A DNA stretch of 64,000 nt from Octopus sinensis (lineage: Eukaryota), in assembly GCF_006345805.1 (NCBI RefSeq), contig NC_043024.1:14942001-15006000 (forward strand), read 5' to 3'. Numbering within the stretch: the first letter of the stretch is position 1; each line of letters begins with the position of its first letter. This document shows, piece by piece, positions 1 through 11,530 of this stretch. The notes under the pieces are model-generated. The model was given only the letters and a program-made list of their open reading frames with translations. It made no database searches and was not told the origin of the DNA. The position numbers and the translations under genes are program-made.

Positions 1-45
1 TATGATTGTGACACCTGTTGCAAATCATTATCTATTGTAACTTGA
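1..45 (+). CDS. 3' end of C2H2 zinc-finger paralog copy 1 (truncated by window edge)
   Basis: Translates YDCDTCCKSLSIVT*, the same C-terminus as the 6527-7174 and 13616-14275 proteins, followed by the same 3' flank. Confidence 0.8.
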   Translation, partial: YDCDTCCKSLSIVT

Positions 46-349
46 CTGGACACAGGTGTATTCATCAATACTTAATGAATCATATTTTGAAGGGAAGTGC
101 CTTGAATAATCCACATGTAGACTCAGAGAGAAGAGAATATCATGAATGTAACCCCATCCATGGTAAAGTATTCTCTCAAAGAAGCCACTTAGCTACACCT
201 GTATATATTCATACAGAAGATTAACCATATAATGTCAAAAATCTTTCCATAAATCTCATGTTATATAACCATCGGTGTATTTGTTTGACAAAGAAGATAT
301 AGCAATCTTCAGACACTTTGTATAACCATATCTATGTCCACTTTAATGC

Positions 350-377
350 AATAAATTATAACTGATATTTTTAATAA
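350..377 (+). promoter_or_regulatory. Candidate polyadenylation signals of the ZNF paralogs
   Basis: Two AATAAA about 20 nt apart, repeated at the same position downstream of every paralog (near 7480, 14560, 37930 and, on the minus strand, near 21800). Confidence 0.4.
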
Positions 378-998
378 ATCATTCTTTCAGAATATTCATA
401 TATATTCCTTTCTAATGTATAGTCTTTGTGGTTGTGAAGCTTGCTTGCTAACCATGTGGTCTCAAGTTCAGTTCTACTGCACGTCACTTTGGGCTGTCCA
501 AAGTCTTGTGAGTGGATTTGGTAGATGGAAACTGGAAGAAACTCGTCATGTGAATGTGTGTGTGTTTGCGTGTACCGTTTCTCAATATTACCATCATACA
601 AGCAGTGTTATTTATTTCCAAATGTCTCGTCATGAGGAAATATTACCTTACTTGGGAACAAGTGAGGGATGACAACAAGAAAGTCATAGTGCTGTAGAAA
701 ATCTTCATTGAAACCCCATCTGATCCTGCAAAGTCTATACTTTGCAGGATCAGATGGATGTCAAAATGATGAACACACATGATTCCGTGTAATATATTTT
801 CAGAAGGGAAATTTTATTGCAGGTAAAAAGCTGAGAAATGTATTGCCACTGAAAAATGAGAACATCACTTTTTTCAAATGTAGTTTCCCCATCAGTAAGC
901 ATCAGGTGGTTATTTTGAGTCTAATGTTAAGACTGTGTTGCCATAAATTTTTCATATTGACCATATACCCATGTGAGATGTACCCAAATTTCTAGAAG

Positions 999-1560
999 CC
1001 AGCCTACGTATGCATACCTTCCCTTCTTGGGACACAAAACTCTACTTGTGAAGACCCGTTGAGGCAAGTGAGGATCAGAATCGAAATCGATCAATGGAAA
1101 TTGCAGATGTGTTACCAGTGCCGGTGGCATGTCGAAACTCTACTTGTGAAGACCCGTTGAGGCAAGTGAGGATCAGAATGGAAATTGATCAATGGAAATT
1201 GCAGATGTGTTACCAGTGCCGGTGGCATGTAAGAGAACCTTCCGTTTCGTGACCATTGCCAGCACCGCCCTGTTTCATGTCCGTTGCCAGCCTTGCCTGG
1301 CCCTCGTGCCAGTGGCACATAAAAAGCACCATCCGTTCGTGGCCGTTTGCCAGCTCTGTCTGGCACCTGTGCGGGTGGCAGGAAAAAAGCACCCACTACA
1401 CTCACGGAGTGGGTGGCGTTAGGAAGGGCATCCAGCCGTAGAAACACTGCCAGATTTGACTGGGCCTGATGAAGCCTTCTGGCTTCACAGACCCAAGTAG
1501 AACCGTCCAACCCATGCTAGCATGGAAAACGGACGCTAAACGACGATGATGATGATGATG
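999..1560 (+). mobile_element. 3' UTR fragment of an RTE-clade LINE with (GAT)n tail, present only in unit 1
   Basis: Same sequence as the tail of the RT-bearing RTE at 34515-36430; ends in gatgatgatg; absent at the equivalent site (~8108) of unit 2. Confidence 0.7.
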
Positions 1561-2011
1561 AAAGAGTGAGTTGAATTGCATAAAATCTAGAGATTTCAGA
1601 GGAAAACTAACTTCAGATGTGAATTCAGCTTGCTCCATTAACGCATCTATATATTCCGTCTGTGTGGTTGTGAAGCTTGGTTGCTAACCATGGGGTCTCA
1701 AGATCAGCCACACTACACAGCACTTGGGGCAAGGGCTTTCTTTTCTGGCCTGAGGCTTACCACAGCCTTGAGTGAATTTGGTAGATGGAAACTGCTATTA
1801 ACACAACAAAAACATTGTTTCCTTGTGATAATCAGTTGAGATGAACTGAAAAACGAAAATAATGCACTGCTAACACTGAAGTAGGATACGATACGGACTT
1901 ACAAACCCTCAATATTCTTAATAGTAAATTATGATTGCAAATCGAAATACGATATACCTACCAGTTATAGATATGTGTATGTAGGGGCAGTGTGGTTAGG
2001 AGCTTGCTTCC

Positions 2012-3355
2012 ATGCATGTGTCAGGTTATCAGCTGTCTGGATTTTGTAAGAGTCGGATATATTTTTTTGTGTTTAGAAGATGTACTCAGATGTTGACGGG
2101 TCTGAGTTGTCAGAGGAGGAGCTGGTAAGGGCAGTCATAAAGATGGATGGCTTGTCAAAGACAAGGAGTTTTGCTGAAGCCACGGAGTTGAAGCGAAGGG
2201 AGCTGGACTTGGCTGGTCTGAAGGAGTATGAGAAGATGGCCCAGAAGGTGGGTGGCGACGTGAAGTTGTTTCTCCCCAAAGGAATTATGGAGAGAATGGA
2301 AAAGAAAACGATCACCCATAAGGTGTACTCATTGAAAGGAAAAAAAGCAGAAATGGTAAAGGTACTGAGGGAACGATCAAAGGAGATAACTTACATAACC
2401 AAAAGAAGAACATATGGGACAATGGTCGTCTAATTTAGGACGGTAGAAGAGGCGACTGTGGCAGTGAAAACAGGAAGTAGTGCTTCTGCCCATGTACCTT
2501 GGAAGAAAGACTTCCAAGGTGAGGGTAGAGCAATTCCATCAGATATAAAAGCGCTTGGGTAACATCAGCTGTCCTTGTTGGAATCGAGAGGGTGGCTATC
2601 CTCCAAGCCACAGAAACAGAAGAAGGAGGGTGGAAAGGAAGGACACTTGAACTCATTATTCAAGTGGAGGAGGGACACCTGGAGAACTTGGCAGAGATGG
2701 TGATGTTGGGGGAAATCGTGCTGAGGGCGTGGATAGTGGGCAGAAGTACCACGTTTTAAATGTGGCCAAAAGTCACATTAGAGCATACTGCCCACTACAG
2801 AGGACAATGGTTGAGGATACAGTTGTGGAGACGGAAGAGAAAAGAGAGGAAGAATGGAAAGTTACAGAGAGCAGAAGGAGAAAGAGAAAAACAGAAAAAA
2901 CACTGAGTAAGATGCACCCTAGTCCATTCCATCCCACCCAAGACAACTCAGACCCCCACTACCCATATTGACACCAAATCCACCCACCCCATTTACCCCC
3001 ACAAGAAAAAAAAAAGAACAGACACCACAAAATCTAGAAGACCCCACCCGCCGCCGGCAAAAAAGTTTACGAATGCATAGTGAAGAGAATGATGTCACTA
3101 CGTGGTGGAGAAAGGGAAAAAAGGACTTAGGACCCAGAGGCGGCGAGTGGTGTTACTCAGTGTGGGGTGAGGAGCACACCCTTCATAATATCATTTTCAG
3201 ATATTCATTGATGTTATCATATTTTAATTTGTTTTTCATGTGTCATTCATTATATCATATTTTATATTTATATTTTTAATTGTTATATGTTCCCACATGT
3301 GTTGTAGTGTCCCCCTCTGTGTAATGCCTTTAGGGCAATTTAAAAGAGATAAAGA
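2012..3355 (+). mobile_element. ORF1-only (HAL1-like, L1/Tx1-related) non-LTR retroposon, degenerate
   Basis: Broken ORF from 2080 with an RRM-like segment (YGTMVV*FRTVEEA) and a CCHC knuckle (CFKCGQK(G)HIRAYC); no RT follows. Flanked by agcttgcttcc (2001-2011) and agcttgcctcc (3356-3366) inside a SINE head. Confidence 0.65.
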
Positions 3356-3585
3356 AGCTTGCCTCCCAACTACATGGTTCTGGGTTCAGTTTATCTGCGT
3401 GCATATACATATATATATATACAAATTGAGATAGGGGTTGCAAATTCAACCCTCCATGGGATAACATATATCCAATATACTGCTAGTGAAGTACCCAACA
3501 AAGTTAATACATAAATGTTAAGAATTGCGATGCAATTAATTCATTACATGGGCAAAGGTAAACTTATTTTTACCATAAATTAATA

Positions 3586-3880
3586 ATACAAAATAAGAAA
3601 ATGGAGAAATACATCCAAATCAAATATCAACTACCAGATAATACCCAATCATATACTTTATTGAACCACTACATATGAACATTAAGGTCAAACATAAAAA
3701 TATATAACAACACAGCGTACATGAATGAGTAATACAATACTACTCATTCATGTACGCTGTGTTGTTATATATTTATGTTTGACCTTAATGTTCATATGTA
3801 GTGGTTCAATAAAGTATATGATTGGGTATTATCTGGTAGTTGATATTTGATTTGGATGTATTTCTCCATTTTCTTATTGT
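3586..3880. repeat. Near-perfect palindrome, ~140-bp arms, 9-nt spacer
   Basis: Left arm ends ..catgaatgagta (3731), spacer atacaatac (3732-3740), right arm starts tactcattcatg.. (3741); only small indels between arms. Confidence 0.9.
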
Positions 3881-3883
3881 ATA

Positions 3884-3927
<44 letters not shown>

Positions 3928-4199
3928 TATATATATATGTTGTGTGTGTGTTTGTGAGAGAGAGAGTGTGTGTCTATGTATATATTTGTGTGTTTGTGTC
4001 TGTCCCTCACCATCGCTTGACAACCGATGTTGGTGCGTTTACTTGACGGTTCGAAAAAATTGACCGATAAAAGAACATCTGGGCTTACAAACAATAAGTC
4101 CTAGGGTCGATTCGTTCGACTAAAGAGGGTACTCCAGCATGGCCGTGAATGTTTGTGTTGGTTACCAAGCACTGCTTGACAACCGGTGTTTGTTTGCGT

Positions 4200-4510
4200 T
4201 CCCGGACGTCGTCATGCGCATGGTCAACCGGAAGTCCGTCTCCACCCCCTTATCGCTGTCCGTTGCACCCGTTTATGAATCGACGCCAAAAGAAGGGCTT
4301 TTGTTTCGATCCTTTGCCACTGATTAACTTTAATTCGTGAATATAATGTTAAACAAACAAACAAATGTACACTGTTAATATATTTGCCAATAGTAAGAAA
4401 CTGGAGAGAGAAAGAGAGCCGAGCAGCGGACGGTGTTTGGAGAAGCTGTGGGCCGTCGTCTTAGTCACGCCTTCTGGAAGAAATATACAGTGAGCTTCAA
4501 GTGATGGTAA
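4200..4510 (+). promoter_or_regulatory. Putative promoter and non-coding first exon of ZNF copy 2
   Basis: CpG-containing patch with atgcgcat (NRF1-like) and ccggaagt (ETS-like), then a GA-rich segment shared with the region upstream of other paralogs; candidate donor tg|gtaatg near 4508. Confidence 0.55.
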
Positions 4511-4575
4511 TGTAGTAATTGTTTTTAACTACCTTATCACATAATGTGTCCGTATCTATAATTTGAATACATCTA

Positions 4576-5249
4576 CAGGGTGCTACGGGTAAACTGTCGC
4601 AATTTTATGGGTTTTTTTATTTCGCTGATGGGCCTTGTTTTTGATTTTGCCTTCTCCACAATATGATAGGGGTCAGTTGGTCACCGTCTGTGTGGAAGAA
4701 CAGGACCATGACGCAGTTGACTCTCCTAGAATTCTGGAAACGACATGCTGTACCGGTTGGCGGCGACCTTTCGTTTTGACTCGAAAATATGTAAACAGTG
4801 AATTCGGTGATGTCCGTGACCACATATTGTCTTGTCAACTGTCAGTTGCGAAGAGGAAGCTAATGGGTTGTGCGTGCATGCTTGTTCCTCTGTGTATGTG
4901 TGTGTGTGGACACTTGACTCCACACACTGCAACCCCCTTGATTATTAGGAGTTGGGCACAGTTGAGTAAGAGACCGACAAAACTCCTTGTAACAATCAAA
5001 GACGAACTGAAGGCAACGATTATGGCAGCATTCACCAACTTGAACAAGGATACAGTCCAGAAGAATTGCAGGGGATTCTGAAGTCATCTGGAGGCCGTGG
5101 TGAAAGCCAATGGCGATTTCATTGAATAATTTACTCTTTAGTATTTCAAGACATGTTTATGTAATTTTGGTAAATATATGTTAAAATGAGATGTCAGTGT
5201 TATTTTCATTTTTGTGTAATTTAGATGGCATTTTATTCACTGCACCCTG
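4576..5249 (+). mobile_element. Internally deleted Tc1/mariner element
   Basis: TA-CAGGGTGC ... GCACCCTG-TA termini; transposase C-terminal relic (CNPLDY.. KDELKATIMAAFTNLNKDTVQK.. LEAVVKANGDFIE*) at ~4915-5129. Confidence 0.8.
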
Positions 5250-5624
5250 TATATCGCTGTATCGACTGCAGCATTGGATGTTATACACCGCTTGTTACAA
5301 TGCGCTTTCTTCCACTGTTGTAGCTTTCGAATTATGCCACCCACCCTGTTGTCTGGGCAGGCTAGCATTCCCTCTGAACAGAAAGCTATTTTGTTGCTGG
5401 TTTATCCATTTGCAGATGAGTGAACTGGAGCAAAGTGAAAAGAAGTCTTTTGCTCATGAGCATTACACATCACCTGAACTATTGTCAAGTGGGAGACAAA
5501 TGGAAACACACATTTTATGCGGTTAAGTTTACAGGCTGCAACCATGCTGAGTCACCACCAGTATCATCACCTATTCAGTGAAAGGGTGAGTTTGATATTG
5601 CAGCCCTTGTTTGTATTGTATGTC

Positions 5625-5905
5625 ATGATGTCAGTTCATCTGGGATCTTGGACTGCAGAAGCTCAAGGTGTTTCCCTAAAATATCTGCTGCTGCAACATG
5701 TGGATCTCTAAGGTTTTTCTTGGCAAGATTTTTAATAACTGGGGGCCTTCGTATCCCGAGATATTGCTCTATCTGGTCCTTATTCTTCACAGGATGGGTG
5801 GGACCTTTGGAACTATGCAATGATGTATTGTTTTGAGGATTGTATAACTCTTGATGCCAAAGTTTAGTGCCAGCCCTTCTAGGATTTTCCATACGTATTT
5901 TCCCA
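5625..5905 (-). mobile_element. LINE RT C-terminal relic in ZNF intron (shared by copies 2-5)
   Basis: Translates ..KGPT..KNLRD..DILGKHLELLQSKIPDE; homologs at ~12480-12775, 23385-23690 and 34170-34480. Confidence 0.6.
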
Positions 5906-5936
5906 CATTCCCATCTTTGCTCTACACACACACTGA

Positions 5937-5982
<46 letters not shown>

Positions 5983-6526
5983 CACAGCTATTTGACACAC
6001 TTCTTTAATTTTCCATCTATTAAATCCACTCACATGGCTTTGATTAGGTCAGCATGGCCACATTCCAATGACTGAAACCTAGAATTCTCACTGTTTTTAT
6101 CTCATCTTCTTAAGTATGCTATATATCTTATTCCGTTTCTCTTTTATTTCAGAACCTCAGATGACATTGACAGAGAGAATATTTCACTTTGGTATCCTGG
6201 AAGATAGTATTCAGAACAGATAGAACGGATGCATGGATTTACAGAAATCTCTGAGGAATTCTATTGAAATTTCTTTTGTAAAAAAAATTTCTCAAACGTC
6301 ACTGTTTGGAATGTGTGCAAGATTTTTGGATTCCAATTAAAGTTGAATGAATTTGCATCGTCTTTAGATATCAACAAAGATCACTGCTGTTGGAAATATA
6401 GGTGTTAAAATATTTGTGTTTAAACTATAAATACAACTATATATATATCTATAGCTTTGATAGAGGAGAAATTATTTAAAAATCTATTTGAGAAAGTGAA
6501 AGGACTGAGTTTATTTTCCTCAAGAG

Positions 6527-7174
6527 ATGGCAGAAGGGACAGGGAAATCAACAGACAGTAGTGATATCTGTGAAAAGTCATCCTCTCAAAAACCTAACAT
6601 CTTGACTCCCAAAGTAGCAAAGCCACATCGCTGTGATATTTGTGATAAAACCTTTTCTGAAAATAGCTACTTAGTTAGACACATACGTGTACATACAGGT
6701 GAGAAACCATATCACTGTGATATCTGTGATAAATCATACTCTGAAAGAGGTCACTTGACAACTCACAATCGTACACATACAGGAGAAAAACCATATCTTT
6801 GTGATATTTGTGGCAAAACGTTCTATCAAAAATGTAACTTAACCGAACACAAGTACATTCATACGGGAGAGAAACCATTTCACTGTGATGTGTGTGATAA
6901 ATCATTCTCTCGTAAAAGCCACTTGACCACTCATAAGAACATTCATACAGGAAAAAAGCCATATCACTGTGATGTCTGTGGTAAATCTTTCTCGGAAGGA
7001 AGTACCTTAACTAAGCATAAGCGTCGCCATTCAGGAATCAAACCTTTTAAATGTGATATCTGTGGTAAATCATTCTCTCGGAAAAGTAGCTTAAACAGTC
7101 ACAAAAAAATTCATACAGGAGACAATCCATATGATTGTGACACCTGTGGCAAATCAATATCTATCGTAACTTGA
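6527..7174 (+). CDS. C2H2 zinc-finger protein, 6 complete fingers plus truncated 7th (copy 2)
   Basis: 215-aa ORF with CxxC-x12-HxxxH repeats and TGEKP linkers; splice acceptor tttcag|aacc at 6152/6153 opens the exon. Confidence 0.9.
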   Translation: MAEGTGKSTDSSDICEKSSSQKPNILTPKVAKPHRCDICDKTFSENSYLVRHIRVHTGEKPYHCDICDKSYSERGHLTTHNRTHTGEKPYLCDICGKTFYQKCNLTEHKYIHTGEKPFHCDVCDKSFSRKSHLTTHKNIHTGKKPYHCDVCGKSFSEGSTLTKHKRRHSGIKPFKCDICGKSFSRKSSLNSHKKIHTGDNPYDCDTCGKSISIVT

Positions 7175-8568
7175 CTGGACACAGGTGTATTCATCAATAC
7201 TTAATGATTCATATTTTGAAAGGAAGTCCCTTGAATAATCCACATGTAGACTCAGAGAGAAGAGAATATCATGAATGTAACCCTATCCATGGTAAAGTAT
7301 TCTCTCAAAGCAGCCACTTAGCTACACCTGTATATATTCATACAGAAGATTAACCATATAATGTCAAAAATCTTTCCATAAATCTCATGTTATATAACCA
7401 TCGGTGTATTTGTTTGACAAAGAAGATATAGCAATCTTCAGACACTTTGTATAACCATATCTATGTCCACTTTAATGCAATAAATTATAACTGATATTTT
7501 TAATAAATCATTCTTTCAGAATTTTCATATATATTCCTTTCTAATGTATAGTCTGTGTGGTTGTGAAGCTTGCCTGCTAACCATGTGGTCTCAAGTTCAG
7601 TTCTACTGCACAGCACTTTGGGCTGACCAAAGTCTTGTGAGTGGATTTGGTAGACGGAAACTGGAAGAAGCTCGTCATATGTGAATGTGTGTGTGTTTGC
7701 GTGTACCGTTGTCTCAATATTACCCTCACACAAGCAGTGTTATTTATTTCCAAATGTCTGGTCATGAGTATATATTATCTTACTTGGGAACAAGTGAGGG
7801 ATGACAACAAGAAAGTCATAGTGCTGTAGAAAATCTTCATTGAAACCCCATCTGATCCTGCAAAGTCTATACTTTGCAGGATCAGATGGATGTCAAAATG
7901 ATGAACACACATGATTCCGTGTAATATATTTTCAGAAGGGAAATTTTATTGCAGGTAAAAAGCTGAGAAATGTATTGCCACTGAAAAATGAGAACATCAC
8001 TTTTTTAAAATGTAGTTTCCCCATCAGTAAGCATCAGGTGGTTATTTTGAGTCTAATGTTAAGACTGTGTGTCCATATCCTCATGTGAGATGTACCCAAA
8101 TTTCTAGAAGAAAGAGTGAGTTGAATTGCATAAAATCTAGAGATTTCAGAGGAAAACTAACTTCAGATGTGAATTCAGCTTGCTCCATTAACGCATCTAT
8201 ATATTCCGTCTGTGTGGTTGTGAAGCTTGGTTGCTAACCATGGGGTCTTAAGCACTGTTCTACTACACAGCACTTTGGGCAAGGGGTTTCTTTTCTGGCC
8301 TGAGGCTTACCACAGCCTTGAGTGAATTTGGTAGATGGAAACTGCTATTAATGCAATAAAAATATTGTTTCCCTGTGTTAATCAATCGAGATGAACTTAA
8401 AAACGAAAATAATGCACTGCTAACACTGAATAGAATAGATATAGACTTACACAACCCTTAATACTTCTTAATATTTAATAGTAAATTATGATTGCAAATC
8501 AAAATATGATATACCTACCAGTTATAGATATGTGTATGTTGGGGCAGCGTGGTTAGGAGCTTGCTTCC

Positions 8569-10471
8569 ATGCATGTGTCAGGTTATCAGCTGTCTGGATT
8601 TTGTAAGAGTCGGATGTAGTTTTTTGTGTTTAGAAGATGTACTCAGACCTTGACGGGTCTGAGTTGTCAGAGGAGGAGCTGGTAAGGGCAGTCATAAAGA
8701 TGGATGGCTTGTCAAAGACAAGCAGTTTTGCAGAAGCCACGGAGGTAAAGCGAAGGGATCTGGACTTGGCTGGTCTGAAGGAGTATGAGAAGACGGCTCA
8801 GAAGGTTGGTGGTGACGTTAAGTTGTTGCTCCCCAAAGGAATTATTTTAGGATGGAGAAGAAAATGAACACCTATAAGGTGTCCTTGAAAGGAAGAAAGG
8901 TGCTGAATGAACAGTCAAAGGAGATAATGTACATAACCAAAGGAAGAACATATGGGACAATGGTCATCTAATTTAGTACAGTAGAAGAGGTGAGTGTGGT
9001 AGTGAAAACAGGAAGTAGTGCTTCTGCCCACATACTTCGGAAGAAAGACTTCCAAGGTGAGTGTAGGAGCAATTCCATTGAATATAGAAGTGGCTTGGAT
9101 AACAGAAGCTGTCCTAGATGGAAGCGAGAAGGTGGCTGTCCTCCAAACCACAAAAGCAGAATGAAGGTGGAAAGTAAGGACATTGAACTCATTATTCGGG
9201 TGGAGGAGGGTCACCTGGAGAACTTGGCAGAGATGGTGACGTTGGAGGAAATCGTGCTGAGGGCGTGGGTAGTGGGCAGAGTACCACGTTGTTTTAAATG
9301 TGGCCAAAAGGGCCTCATTAGAGCATACTGCCCTCTACGGAGGACAATGATTGAGGATACAGTTGTGGAGACGGAAGAGAAAAGAGAGGAAGAATGGAAA
9401 GTTACAGAGAGCAGAAGGAGAAAGAGAAAAACAGAAAAAGCACTGAGTAAGATGCACCCTAGTCCATTCCATCCCACCCAAGACAACTCAGACCCCCCAC
9501 TACCCATATTGACACCAAATCCACCCTCCCCATTTCCCCCCACAAGAAAAAAAAAGAACAGACACCACAAAATTTAGAAGACCCACAGCCGCTGCCGGCG
9601 AAAATGGTTACGAATGCATAGTGGAGAGAATGATGTCACTACGTGATGAAGAAAGGGGAAAAAGGATTAGACTGAAGGAGAAAAAGGACTTAGGACCCAG
9701 AGAGCGGTGAGTGGTGTTACTCAGTGTGGGGTGAGGAGCACACCCTTCATAATATCATTTTCAGATATCATTGATGTTATCATATTTTAATTTGTTTTTC
9801 ATGTGTGTACCGTTGACAATTTTTTTCCCCCGTCTTCCCTTCTTTGAATCTTTCCTTTTCCTATGTTGATGACGAAGAACTCCGCTCGATACGTTAAACC
9901 CTCCTTTCCTGAGCATCTAATAATACTATACTTGTTCCACGTCCTCGCGTTGTTGTGGTTTTTTTTTGTGCTTTCTTGTTTGGATTAACTATATATATAC
10001 GGCATGCTTCTTTCAGTTTGCGTCTACTAAATCCACTCAAGGCTTTGGTCAACCCGAGGCTAAAGACGACACTTGCCCAAGGTGCACTCAGATGAACTGA
10101 ACCCAGAACCATGTAGTTGGGAGTCAAGCTTCTTTATCTCTTTTAAATTGCCCTAAAGGCATTACACAGAGTGGGACACTACAACACATGTGGGAACATA
10201 TAACAATTAAGAATATAAATATAAAATATGATATAATGAATGACACATGAAAAACAAATTAAAATATGATAACATCAATGAATATCTGAAAATGATATTA
10301 TGAAGGGTCTGCTCCTCACCCCACACTGAGTAACACCACTCGCCGCCTCTGGGTCCTAAGTCCTTTTTATATCATATTTTATATTTATATTCTTAATTGT
10401 TATATGTTCCCACATGTGTTGTAGTGTCCCCCTCTGTGTAATGCCTTTAGGGCAATTTAAAAGAGATAAAG
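8569..10471 (+). mobile_element. Second copy of the ORF1-only retroposon, with an internal inverted duplication
   Basis: ORFs 8637-8867 and 8990-9577 match 2080-3000; knuckle reads CFKCGQKGLIRAYC; same flanking duplication (8558-8568 and ~10473-10483). Confidence 0.7.
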
Positions 10472-10795
10472 AAGCTTGACTCCCAACTACATGGCTCTGG
10501 GTTCAGTTCATCTGCGTGCACCTTGGACAAGTGTCGTCTTTAGCCTCGGGTCGACCAAAGCCTTGAGTGGATTTAGTAGACGCAAACTGAAAGAAGCCCA
10601 CCACACATATATATATAGTTAATCCAAACATGAAAACACAACAACGCGAGGACGTGGAACAAGTATAGTATTATTAGATGCTCAGGAAAGAAGGAGGGTT
10701 TAACGTATCGAGCGGAGCTCTTCGTCATCAACATAGGAAAAGGAAAGATCCAAAGAAGGGAAGACGGGGGGAAAAAATCGCCAACGGTACACACG
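9805..10795. repeat. Inverted duplication (A - inverted[A+B] - B)
   Basis: 9805-10368 is the reverse complement of 9683-9806 plus 10367-10794, with several substitutions. Confidence 0.85.
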
Positions 10796-10800
10796 AGGTC
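10620..10800 (-). mobile_element. Penelope-like pLTR fragment with decayed hammerhead-like core
   Basis: Minus strand reads ..tgacgaagagctccgctcgatacgttaaac.. next to a (TA)n tail; resembles 12826-13020. Confidence 0.4.
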
Positions 10801-11154
10801 AGTCCACCTTATAGGTGATCATATATATATATATATATATATATGGAGTACCGCCTTTCGTCGAACAAATCGGCAGACGCAAAGACACAAGTATACACAT
10901 ACATAAACACACACATATATAGCGGTTCGGAAATATTGACCGACAGAATAACCACTGGGCTTAAAAAGAATAGGCGAAGTTTCGCATGTCGAAACTATGC
11001 CAAAGAATAAATCCTAGGGACGATTCGTTCGACTAAAGACGGTACTCCAGCATGGCCGCAGTCAAATGACTGAAACAAATAAAAGACTCCAGCATGGCCG
11101 CGAATGTTTGTGTTGGTTACCAAGCACTGCTTGACAACCGGTGTTTGTTTGCGT

Positions 11155-11465
11155 TCCCGGAAGACGTCATGCGCATGGTCAACCGGAAGTCCGTCTCCAC
11201 CCCCTTATCGCTGTCCGTTGCACCCGTTTATGAATCGACGCCAAAAGAAGGGCTTTTGTTTCGATCCTTTGCCACTGATTAACTTTAATTCGTGAATATA
11301 ATGTTAAACAAACAAACAAATGTACACTGTTAATATATTTGCCAATAGTAAGAAACTGGAGAGAGAAAGAGAGCCGAGCAGCGGACGGTGTTTGGAGAAG
11401 CTGTGTGCCGTTGTCTTAGTCACGCCTTCTGGAAGAAATATACATTGAGCTTCAAGTGATGGTAA
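11155..11465 (+). promoter_or_regulatory. Putative promoter and first exon of ZNF copy 3
   Basis: Near-identical to 4200-4510 (atgcgcat and ccggaagt). Confidence 0.55.
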
Positions 11466-11530
11466 TGTAGTAATTGTTTTTACCTACCTTATCACATAAT
11501 GTGTCCGTATCTATAATTTGAATACATCTA

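Noticed and set aside
1037-1230. ~97-bp tandem duplication
   Set aside because: Internal subrepeat of the RTE 3' UTR; two units only, not a CRISPR or satellite.
3840-4094. YIYIYI / CVCVCV ORFs here and throughout the window
   Set aside because: Translations of (TA)n and (CA)n microsatellites within SINEs.
6160-6222. Conserved upstream ORF at the start of the coding exon
   Set aside because: The ATG is shared but frame and length differ among paralogs; better explained as the decayed N-terminal domain.
6675-6962. Antisense ORFs over the ZNF genes (also 13776-14063, 22360-22647, 37137-37424, 45691-46017)
   Set aside because: Shadow frames produced by the periodic finger codons; no independent signals.
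9861-9900. Hammerhead-like motif (tgacga..gatac gtta), also at ~10695-10735 on the minus strand
   Set aside because: Both core boxes are mutated (no C before UGA, GAUA instead of GAAA); not called a ribozyme.
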